Origin: Sulfuricella sp.
Lineage (GTDB): Bacteria > Pseudomonadota > Gammaproteobacteria > Burkholderiales > Sulfuricellaceae
Reading direction: 5' to 3'
Assembly (NCBI RefSeq): GCF_035531155.1
Contig: NZ_DATKTK010000050.1
Location: 14,294 to 78,293 of the forward strand
DNA: 64,000 bases
Shown: piece by piece, positions 10,751 through 18,808 of the stretch
Layout of the letters: each line of letters opens with the position of its first letter
How positions within the stretch are numbered: the stretch's first letter is position 1
Translations under genes and position numbers: made by a program
The notes under the pieces: generated by a model
The model's input: only the letters and a program-made list of their open reading frames with translations
What the model was told of the DNA's origin: nothing
The model's database searches: none

Positions 10751-12789
10751 GGTTTATCCAATTCTAGCGCCAACACGACCCACCCGTCCCACGTTATCCG
10801 CTCCTCTTTTGAGCCGAGCGTATTGGCCCGCCTCGCCAAGCGCACCCGCACATCCACGAGGCTTTCCAGCAAGACTTGACGTGGCTGGTCAAAATTCTTG
10901 CTGTCCTGGGGCAGGTTAAACCAGGACAGTGGACGGCGTAGGGTTTCCTGCGTCACGGTTCCGACCCATACGGGCTGGCCCTGGTCGCGCAAGACCGTAT
11001 CTGCGGGCCAAAGGCGCAATACCAGGCGCCTGTCGTCCCGGTTCAGCACCGGGTAGACGAGTGCCAGCGCTTCGTAGCGGCCGTCGTGGGCACGTGGTAG
11101 CAGCGGCAATTGCATGGCGGGGCGGGCTGTATCGAGCCACAGCAGCAAACTTTTTTCGGGCAACGGATCCCGCCAGCCACTTGTCAGCAGTCTATGGTGC
11201 AAGGATTCGAGCGAGCCTGCCCATTGCACGGTAAGCGGCTGCTCGTACTCGCCTTCGATATCGATGCGCCATGCAGGCAGGGTTTGCCACGTGTTGCCCC
11301 ACCAATCCTGTTGCGCCATTATTCTGGTTTCCTGACGCACGGCATAACGCAGGGTATCGGCGCCGTGCCGCGTTGCCACATTCCAGGCTCCCCCTGCCAG
11401 CAAAGCCGAGAACGCCACGATCATCAAGCCGCGGGGTGACAGCGCCGCCGCGGAATGGCGCGAGTACGCAATACCCAGCACGGCCACCCACGCCATGCCA
11501 AAAGCCACACCGCCCAATACATCGGAAAGCCAATGCGCGCCCAGGTATAGCCGTGAAAAGGCGATCAAGGCGACCAGCAGGATAATCGCGGTAAATGCTA
11601 TCAGACGCCCACGGGGAGAAAGCTCGCGCGCAATCAGCACTGCCAGAAAACCGTAGGTCACCATGCTCATGGTGACGTGGCCGCTCGGAAAGGAAAACAG
11701 GCTTGGCCCTTCATACAGAGGAAACGGACGCGCCCGGCCCAATCCCGCTTTGATTGCCATGGTCAAGGCGGCGGCGAAGCCTGCCGCGGCCAGCCAATAG
11801 GCCGTCGCCCGCCAGGCGCGTTTCCACGACAGCCAGAGCAGTACCGCCAACACCACCGTGAGGGTGACCGCAGCATCGCCCAGTTCGGTCAGTGCGACCA
11901 TGATACTGTCGCCGAAAGGGGTGCGCAGCCCCTGCAACAGGTGATAAATGGAGCTGTCGATGAGCACCAAAGGGTCGCGGGTGACGACATCTTCCAGAAT
12001 GCCGAAAAATCCCCAGGCGGCAAGAACTAACAGCCCCGCAAATGCCAATAGGGCGCGGGATTCTGGTTTTTCTGGATCAAACAGCGCGTTGACCAAGCCC
12101 CGAAAAGAGCGACCTTCTCCAGGTGCCGCAGCCCATGCCTGCATATGAGCCAAGCTGGCTTCAAAGGGTGGTAGCAGCCACAGGATAGCGTGGCGTATCA
12201 CCCATATCCCGACCCAGACGGCGAGCAGCAGCAACGCGATGAGCACGGCGAGGCGCGTCGCCACCGCTCCCGCCAGCCCCAGTGATGCGCCGAACACCAC
12301 GCCAGGGAGAATGTAGACGGGCGCCCAGCACAATGCGGACAGAATATTCACGAAGTAAAAGCGTAGCGGCGGCATTCCCAGCATTCCCGCTACGGCAGGA
12401 ATGACCGGACGTACCGGCCCGACAAAGCGGCCCAGCAAGACGCTTTTGTCACCATGCCGACGAAAGAATGCTTCGCCTCTCGCCAGCAATTGCGGGTAAC
12501 GTCTGAACGGCCACAGGGTCCGCAACTGCCCTCGGTAACGGTGACCCAGCCAGTAGCTGATGCCATCGCCCGCAATCGCCCCGGACGCCGCCCAAGCCAG
12601 GGTAGCCCATAAATTCAGCACGCCGGCGGCCACCAAGGCTCCTACTCCAAACATCGCTAACGTGCCGGGAATGAACAAGCCCACCAACACCAGGGATTCG
12701 GCCAGAGAAACAAAAAAAACTGCGGCGCCAGCCCAGTGGGAGTGTTGTGCGATCCAGTCAAGCAGAGGCTGGGTGTCGGTGATGGACAT
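10747..12789 (-). CDS. DedA-PAP2 phosphatase fusion with C-terminal LssY-like domain
   Basis: DedA motifs (GLFIPG, GRFVGPVR), PAP2 motifs (K...RARP, FPSGH, SRLYLGAHWLSDV) and an extra C-terminal domain of about 200 aa. Confidence 0.85.
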   Translation of the reverse strand: MSITDTQPLLDWIAQHSHWAGAAVFFVSLAESLVLVGLFIPGTLAMFGVGALVAAGVLNLWATLAWAASGAIAGDGISYWLGHRYRGQLRTLWPFRRYPQLLARGEAFFRRHGDKSVLLGRFVGPVRPVIPAVAGMLGMPPLRFYFVNILSALCWAPVYILPGVVFGASLGLAGAVATRLAVLIALLLLAVWVGIWVIRHAILWLLPPFEASLAHMQAWAAAPGEGRSFRGLVNALFDPEKPESRALLAFAGLLVLAAWGFFGILEDVVTRDPLVLIDSSIYHLLQGLRTPFGDSIMVALTELGDAAVTLTVVLAVLLWLSWKRAWRATAYWLAAAGFAAALTMAIKAGLGRARPFPLYEGPSLFSFPSGHVTMSMVTYGFLAVLIARELSPRGRLIAFTAIILLVALIAFSRLYLGAHWLSDVLGGVAFGMAWVAVLGIAYSRHSAAALSPRGLMIVAFSALLAGGAWNVATRHGADTLRYAVRQETRIMAQQDWWGNTWQTLPAWRIDIEGEYEQPLTVQWAGSLESLHHRLLTSGWRDPLPEKSLLLWLDTARPAMQLPLLPRAHDGRYEALALVYPVLNRDDRRLVLRLWPADTVLRDQGQPVWVGTVTQETLRRPLSWFNLPQDSKNFDQPRQVLLESLVDVRVRLARRANTLGSKEERITWDGWVVLALELDKP

Positions 12790-12903
12790 GCGCGTATGCT
12801 TTGCTCAAGATCTTCGCGCATTCGGTACAGAGCGCAGAACCCATGGAGTATAAATTTGGGCTCGTAATGATAAGCGGCCAGGTGATGAGTCTCGCAACAC
12901 GTG

Positions 12904-14310
12904 TCAGGCCCGACCGCCGCCGGTGGGAAAGTGCAGGGTGAAGGTGGTGAGCCAGCCCGGTTCGCTGGTTACCGTGGCATCGCCGCCATGCAGACGCATG
13001 ATGGATTTGACGATGGCGAGCCCCAATCCGGTCCCCGCGTCGGTATGCTCGCGCGCGTCATCCACTTGGTAGAAGCGGTCGAAAACTCTTTCTACATGCT
13101 CGGGGGGGATGCCAGGACCGGGGTTGCTGACGCGCAGTTCCATGGCGTCGCCAGACGCGGCGAGGGTGGCGCGAATCTCGCCGCCCGGCGGGGTGTGGCG
13201 GATGGCGTTGGACAACAGGTTGGCGATGGCGCGTTGCGCCAGAATGCGTTCCGCCACGGCGCGACCTTCACCCGCGCAAACGATTTTCAGGCCGGCCTCG
13301 TCGGCGAGCACTTCATAGAACTCGGCGACCTTGTCCAGTTCCACCCGCAGGTCGATTTCTTCTGCATGGAGCGGCGTCTGGGCGTTATCCGCCTTGGCGA
13401 GAAACAGCATGTCGCCGATCATGCGCGCTAACTGCTCGTATTCCTCCAGGTTCGACTCCAGCACGGCGCGGTATTCCTCGGCGCTACGGGCGCGGGACAA
13501 GACGACTTGGGTCTGCCCCATCAGGTTGTTGATGGGGGTGCGCAGCTCGTGGGCCAGATCAGAGGAAAAATCCGACAAGCGGGTGAACGAATCCCGTAGC
13601 CGCTCCAGCATGGCGTTGAAGGCGGCGGCCAGCGCCTTCAGCTCCTGCGGGGCGTTCGCCACCTCCAGTCGGCGGTCGAGGCGGCTGGCGGAGATGTCGC
13701 TGGCCGTTTCCGCCATCTGGCGCAACGGCCGCAAGCTATTGCGGGCGGTGAGAAAACCGAGGGCAGCGGCAGCCAGTCCGCCAAACAGCATGGCGGCGAA
13801 CAGTGCCCGGCGGTAATTCGCCAGCAGTTCCAGCGCTTCCCGAGAGTCCAGCGACAGGACGATCAGCGCCCGCTCCCCCGCGCCGCCCCCCAAGGCGCCC
13901 CACGCCGCAACGGTGTGATAAGGGTCGCCGGGGGTCGGCATGCGGATCGCGATGCCACCCGGCGCGGCCCCTTCGGCGACCGGCGCTTGGAATATTTCCG
14001 TGCCGGGCCGCCAGTCCGCGGACGAGAGCAGAACATTGCCCGCCTCGTCCAGCAGGGCGAGGCGCAGGTGAGGATGGCCGATGATGGCGTCGCGGAATTC
14101 GTTGGGTGCGGCGACGATTTCTGACAGCGAGTTCACCGCCGCGAGGTGATGGCGGAAAAGCTCCACCTTGCCGACCAGTTCGGCGTGATCCCGCTGCATC
14201 AGCTCGACGTCGAGAAAGCGGTAGAGATAGGCGCCGATGCCGGCGAGCAGCAGAACCGTGGTAAGCGCGAACAGGATGCTGAGGCGAAGGGTGAGCGAGC
14301 CCGGCTTCAT
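12904..14310 (-). CDS. Heavy-metal sensor histidine kinase (CusS/CzcS-like)
   Basis: Two TM segments, HAMP, DLAHELRTP H-box, NLLSNA N-box, GTGLGL G-box. Confidence 0.92.
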   Translation of the reverse strand: MKPGSLTLRLSILFALTTVLLLAGIGAYLYRFLDVELMQRDHAELVGKVELFRHHLAAVNSLSEIVAAPNEFRDAIIGHPHLRLALLDEAGNVLLSSADWRPGTEIFQAPVAEGAAPGGIAIRMPTPGDPYHTVAAWGALGGGAGERALIVLSLDSREALELLANYRRALFAAMLFGGLAAAALGFLTARNSLRPLRQMAETASDISASRLDRRLEVANAPQELKALAAAFNAMLERLRDSFTRLSDFSSDLAHELRTPINNLMGQTQVVLSRARSAEEYRAVLESNLEEYEQLARMIGDMLFLAKADNAQTPLHAEEIDLRVELDKVAEFYEVLADEAGLKIVCAGEGRAVAERILAQRAIANLLSNAIRHTPPGGEIRATLAASGDAMELRVSNPGPGIPPEHVERVFDRFYQVDDAREHTDAGTGLGLAIVKSIMRLHGGDATVTSEPGWLTTFTLHFPTGGGRA

Positions 14311-14346
14311 TCCGGGTAGTCCGTTCCGCTAAAACAATTACAATAA

Positions 14347-14420
14347 ACCGTTCGGCCTGAGCTTGTCGAAGGCCAGCATTGGCGTGGAATTGGCGGTTCG
14401 ACAAGCTCACCGTGAACGGT
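14347..14420. repeat. REP-like palindrome CCGTTCG-CTGAGCTTGTCGAA ... TTCGACAAGCTCAC-GAACGG
   Basis: Long inverted arms between the regulator and kinase genes; second copy at 16957-17027. Confidence 0.75.
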
Positions 14421-14449
14421 AACGGTTTGAACGGAACGCATTGTTATGT

Positions 14450-15121
14450 TCATTCCCGCTCCTCCAGCACATACCCCATGCCGCGCACGGTATGCAGCAA
14501 TTTACGGTCGAACGGGTCGTCCATCTTGGCGCGCAGCCGCCGGATCGCGACCTCCACCACGTTGGTGTTGCTGTCGAAATTCATGTCCCACACCTGCTCG
14601 GCGATGAAGGTGCGCGACAGCACCTCGCTTTGGTGCCGCATCATCAGGTGCAGCAGCGCGAATTCCTTGGCGGTGAGATCAATCCGGGCGGTGCCCCGCG
14701 CCACCCGGCGCCGCACCGGATCGAGTTCCAGGTCGGCGATGGCCAGAACTTCAGCTTGGACGTTCCGGCCACGCCGCAACAAGGTGCGCAGCCGTGCGAG
14801 CAGTTCGGAAAAGGCGAAGGGCTTGACCAGATAGTCGTCTGCGCCGAGTTCCAGCCCTTTGACCCGGTCTTCGACCTCGTCCCGCGCGGTGAGGAAGATC
14901 ACCGGGGTATCCTTGGCCTTGCGCAGTTCGCGCAGCATACTCCAGCCGTCCATGCCGGGCAGCATTACGTCGAGCACGATAACGGCGTAGTCCCCGGTCA
15001 TGGCAAGATGCAGGCCGTCCGCGCCGTTGCGCACCAGATCGACGACGAACCCGTTCTCGGTCAAACCCTTGCGCAGGTAGTCGCCGGTCTTGGCTTCGTC
15101 TTCAACGATCAGAACCTTCAT
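14450..15121 (-). CDS. Heavy-metal response regulator (CusR/CzcR-like)
   Basis: Receiver domain ([20 protein letters not shown]) and OmpR DNA-binding domain ([21 protein letters not shown]). Confidence 0.93.
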   Translation of the reverse strand: MKVLIVEDEAKTGDYLRKGLTENGFVVDLVRNGADGLHLAMTGDYAVIVLDVMLPGMDGWSMLRELRKAKDTPVIFLTARDEVEDRVKGLELGADDYLVKPFAFSELLARLRTLLRRGRNVQAEVLAIADLELDPVRRRVARGTARIDLTAKEFALLHLMMRHQSEVLSRTFIAEQVWDMNFDSNTNVVEVAIRRLRAKMDDPFDRKLLHTVRGMGYVLEERE

Positions 15122-15172
15122 CTGCAAGCCTCGTTAGTCATGGATTCAAACATTCTAGCCGGCTCGGCGAAG

Positions 15173-15188
15173 ATAACCAAAATGTAAT
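15173..15188. promoter_or_regulatory. Putative cop/cus box
   Basis: ATAACC-AAAA-TGTAAT versus the consensus (A/C)TGACA-N4-TGTAAT, located in the divergent promoter between the regulator and the efflux operon. Confidence 0.5.
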
Positions 15189-15300
15189 TTTCCGGTCAGC
15201 TTGGTGTAGGCACGCGGGGCGTACGATGGGCTTCACCATCAGGACACTGGTGGGTTGCCGGCCCGAAAGGGCCCTACTCAATTTAAAGGAAAGATCAATC

Positions 15301-15591
15301 ATGAAAACCTCAATTCGTTTGACTATCGCCACCCTGGGGATCGTCCTGGGCACCATTGCCGCCGCCCACGCGACGGACGACCACATGTATCGCGAGATGA
15401 CGGGGGCGCCGAGTAAAGCCGTCGAGAAAAGCGGCAAGGCGGCACAGGGAACCATTCTGGATGATCCGCACTACCAGCAAATGACGCAAGGCACCGCCGC
15501 GAAGAAGGAAGGGAAGTCCGGTTCAGGAGCAAGTACCCTCCTCGACGAACCCTGGTACCTGGAAGCGACAGGGCAGATTCGCCAACGTTAA
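15301..15591 (+). CDS. Small secreted protein with three DDxxYxxMTG-like repeats
   Basis: AAGGA then ATG 15301; signal peptide ending AAAHA; repeats DDHMYREMTG, DDPHYQQMTQG, DEPWYLEATG. Confidence 0.75.
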   Translation: MKTSIRLTIATLGIVLGTIAAAHATDDHMYREMTGAPSKAVEKSGKAAQGTILDDPHYQQMTQGTAAKKEGKSGSGASTLLDEPWYLEATGQIRQR

Positions 15592-15741
15592 ACGGTGGTG
15601 GCATTTGACGACCCAAGGGGCGCAGGGCAGTTCGGCGGCACCGCCGCCGAACCCTAACCCCAGGTTCCGCCTCCCACAGGGCGACGGGTTATACCCAGTC
15701 GTCCATTTTTATGGGGCTCACGCTGGTCGATCGAGGACATC

Positions 15742-16929
15742 ATGCGACACACCCTGTTGATTTTAGGCTTGCTGCTCACGCAACCCGTTTACGCCGCCAG
15801 CCTGCGCACGGCGCTGGATCAAGCCTGGGAAAATAGCCCCCAAGCGCAAACCCTTGAGGCAAGGCGCGCGGAAAGCGATGCCCAGACCGTCGCCGCGAAC
15901 AGCCTGTTGCCCGGCGCGCCCGCCGTCATCCTGGGCCATCGTGGCGACCAGTTGAACAGTAACGCCGGCAAGCGCGAGTGGGAAGCCGGCATTGCCATGC
16001 CCATCTGGCTGCCCGGCCAACGCGACGCGCGGCAACGCCAGGCGCAGGCCGGCAAGGATGGCCTGGAAGCCAATATCCGTGCGCTGCGCCTGAAGCTGGC
16101 GGGGGAGCTGCGCGAGGCAATCTGGCAGGTGCGCCAGGCAGAGGCCCAAACCCGGCTCGACGAAGAACGCGCGCTAACCGCGAAAAAGCTGGCGGAAGAT
16201 GTCGCCAAGCGGGTTCTGGCAGGTGAACTGGCCAAGACCGATTTAAATCTGGCGCAGAATGAATGGCGCACCGCCCAGGCCGCGGTTTTGCACAGTCGCA
16301 ACCGGCAGCTTCAGGCGCAGCAAGCCTATGCCACCCTCACCGGCATGACGGCCTTGCCTGACGACGTTTCGGAAATCGCACAGCCGAAGCCCTTGCCAGA
16401 CGACCACCCGGTGCTGGAAGAAGCGCGACTAGCCATCGAAGCGGCGCAGGCGCAAGTGCGCGTGGCGATGAACTCGCGCCGCGACAGTCCCGAGGTCGAA
16501 CTCAGCACGCGCCGTGAGCGCGGCAACCTGAACGACCCTTACGCCAGCACCGTGGCAATCTCCCTGCGTCTGCCTTTGTCCACCGACGCGCGCAACCTGC
16601 CGCGGAGCAGCGCCGCCCAAACCGCCCTCACCGGCGCGCATAGCGAATACGCCCGTGTCCGGCTTACGCTGGAATACCACGGACAGCAAGCGGATCAGGC
16701 GTTGCAAGCCGCCGATCAAGTGCTGGATCTGGCGCGGCAGCAGCGCGCCGCAGCGCGGGAAAACCTCGACCTGATCCAGAAATCCTTCAATCTCGGAGAA
16801 TCCGACCTGTTTACCCTGTTACGCGCCAGGGCTGCTTCCTTTGAGGCGGAGCAGTCTTACAACCAACAAGAGATCGCGCAGGCGTTGGCCCGCGCCCGCC
16901 TCAATCAAGCGCAAGGAGTCTTACCGTGA
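15742..16929 (+). CDS. TolC-family outer membrane efflux protein
   Basis: Signal peptide, helical OEP-type repeats, first gene of the OMF-MFP-RND triad. Confidence 0.88.
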   Translation: MRHTLLILGLLLTQPVYAASLRTALDQAWENSPQAQTLEARRAESDAQTVAANSLLPGAPAVILGHRGDQLNSNAGKREWEAGIAMPIWLPGQRDARQRQAQAGKDGLEANIRALRLKLAGELREAIWQVRQAEAQTRLDEERALTAKKLAEDVAKRVLAGELAKTDLNLAQNEWRTAQAAVLHSRNRQLQAQQAYATLTGMTALPDDVSEIAQPKPLPDDHPVLEEARLAIEAAQAQVRVAMNSRRDSPEVELSTRRERGNLNDPYASTVAISLRLPLSTDARNLPRSSAAQTALTGAHSEYARVRLTLEYHGQQADQALQAADQVLDLARQQRAAARENLDLIQKSFNLGESDLFTLLRARAASFEAEQSYNQQEIAQALARARLNQAQGVLP

Positions 16930-18704
16930 CCGTATTCAATATCGGCTTCTCTCAATCGTTCGCACTGAGTCCTGAGCATGTCGAAGGGTCGAAGGGCTGT
17001 GTGGTTCGACAGGCTCACCACGAACGGCCAAGGTCAACAGCATTGATCTTGGCGCTGGTTCTCATGCTTTTGCCGCTGTTCGCCTTTGCCGGCGGCGGCG
17101 ATGACCACAGCCACGGCGACGAGGCCAAGGCGCCCATCGCTGCAACGGCAGCAGGCGGGGCGCGGCTGGAATTGAAGTCGCCCGACGTGGAACTGTTGGG
17201 AATACTCCGCGACGGCAAGCTCACTCTCTATGTCGACCGCTACGCCAGCAATGAGCCGATCCGCAGCGCCAGGATCGAACTCGAAAGCAACGGGCGCAAG
17301 GTTCAGGCACAAGCGGAAAAAGACGGCAGCTATACGGCCGCCGCGGATTGGCTCAGGCAGCCCGGCAAACATGAAGTCGTGGCGAGCGTGGAAGCGGACG
17401 GGCTGGAAGACCTGCTCATCGGCGCCCTGGAAGTTCCCGGCACGAAACCCGAAGCCCTCGGGCGCACCTGGCTCGATGATGCGAAGTGGGTGGCTGGCGG
17501 TGTCGCGGCGGCCACCCTGCTGGCAGTGTTGTTCAGGCGTGTGCGCCGCCGCAAGGGCGTTGCGGCAAGCGCGTTGTTGCCCTTGTTTGCGGCTTTTCTG
17601 CTCGGCGGGCACGGCAATCCAGGCTTCGCGCACGGCGACGAAGATCACGGCGACAAACCCCATGCCGCGCCTGCTGGTGCGGCGAGTAACGTGCCGGCCG
17701 CCGCGCAGGCTGCTCCTGTGCGCTTGCCCGACGGCAGTGTTTTCGTGCCCAAGCCGGTGCAGCGGCTGCTCGGCATCCGTACCGTGCTGGGCGAGCTGCG
17801 CGACATCGCCCAAACCGTGGAACTCAATGGCCATGTCAGTACCGACCCGAATTTCAGCGGGCGCGTGCAGTCCGGCCAGTCGGGGCGGATTGCAACGCCA
17901 GTCGGCGGCTTCCCAACTTTGGGCATGAAGGTAAGTAAAGGGCAAATCCTGGCCTACATCGAACCCGCCGCCAGCAACATCGAGAAAGGCAATCAGCAGG
18001 CTCAACTGGCCGAATTGAGCAGCAATCTCGGCCTCGCCGAAAGGCGTGCAGAGCGGCTGGAGCAATTGGTGGGCAGCCTGCCGCAAAAGGAGATCGAAGC
18101 GGCGCGGGCTGAAGCAGCCAGTCTCAAGGCCCGCAAGGCGGCGGTGGCGGCTAGCCTGTTTCAGCGCGAGGCCCTGCGTGCGCCGGTTTCCGGCGTGATC
18201 AGCCGAGCCGATGTGGTCGCTGGCCAAGTGGTGGAAGCCAGGGAGATCCTGTTTGAAGTGATGGATCCATCCAGACTCCGAGTGGAGGCCGTCGCCTACG
18301 ATACCGCGCTGGCCGGACAGGTGGCGGGCGCCTCCGGCGTGACCGCTGGCAACCAGCCATTGGCGTTGGCGTTCATCGGACTCAGCCATCAGCTCCGCGA
18401 ACAGGCGCTGCCCATGCAGTTCGCCGTCAAGCCGCCGTTGCCAACATTAAGCGTGGGCCAGCCGGTTAAGGTGTTCGTGCAAACCAAGCAGGCCATCCGC
18501 GGCATCCCTGTTCCGCAAGGCAGCGTCATGAAAAGCAGCAACGGCGAGAGCATCGTGTGGCTGCACGCCTCCGCCGAGCGCTTCGTGCCGCAACGGGTGA
18601 AGCAGCAGCTGCTGGACGGCAATACGGTCACGGTACTGGAGGGGTTGCATGACGGCGACCGGGTAGTGACGCAGGGCGCGGCGCTGCTTTCGCAGATCAG
18701 GTAA
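16926..18704 (+). CDS. RND periplasmic adaptor (CusB/CzcB-like) with long N-terminal extension
   Basis: GTGA coupling to the OMF stop; C-terminal MFP (LRAPVSGVIS, V..G..V); two His-rich patches. Confidence 0.85.
   Translation: MTVFNIGFSQSFALSPEHVEGSKGCVVRQAHHERPRSTALILALVLMLLPLFAFAGGGDDHSHGDEAKAPIAATAAGGARLELKSPDVELLGILRDGKLTLYVDRYASNEPIRSARIELESNGRKVQAQAEKDGSYTAAADWLRQPGKHEVVASVEADGLEDLLIGALEVPGTKPEALGRTWLDDAKWVAGGVAAATLLAVLFRRVRRRKGVAASALLPLFAAFLLGGHGNPGFAHGDEDHGDKPHAAPAGAASNVPAAAQAAPVRLPDGSVFVPKPVQRLLGIRTVLGELRDIAQTVELNGHVSTDPNFSGRVQSGQSGRIATPVGGFPTLGMKVSKGQILAYIEPAASNIEKGNQQAQLAELSSNLGLAERRAERLEQLVGSLPQKEIEAARAEAASLKARKAAVAASLFQREALRAPVSGVISRADVVAGQVVEAREILFEVMDPSRLRVEAVAYDTALAGQVAGASGVTAGNQPLALAFIGLSHQLREQALPMQFAVKPPLPTLSVGQPVKVFVQTKQAIRGIPVPQGSVMKSSNGESIVWLHASAERFVPQRVKQQLLDGNTVTVLEGLHDGDRVVTQGAALLSQIR
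16957..17027. repeat. REP-like palindrome inside the adaptor coding sequence
   Basis: CGTTCGCACTGAG...TGTCGAAGGG ... GGTTCGACAGGCTCACCACGAACGG, same family as 14347-14420. Confidence 0.75.
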
Positions 18705-18796
18705 GAGGTTAGGCGTGAGGGGTAAGGGGTGAGGCGAAAGCTCAAACCCGCACCGACCCCGCTTTTACTCATCACTCCTCACCCATTACTCCTCAC
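18705..18796. repeat. Heptamer-period imperfect inverted repeat (GGGGTGA / TCACTCC type)
   Basis: GAGGTTA GGCGTGA GGGGTAA GGGGTGA ... TTACTCA TCACTCC TCACCCA TTACTCC TCAC. Confidence 0.6.
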
Positions 18797-18808
18797 ATAA
18801 GGACAAAC

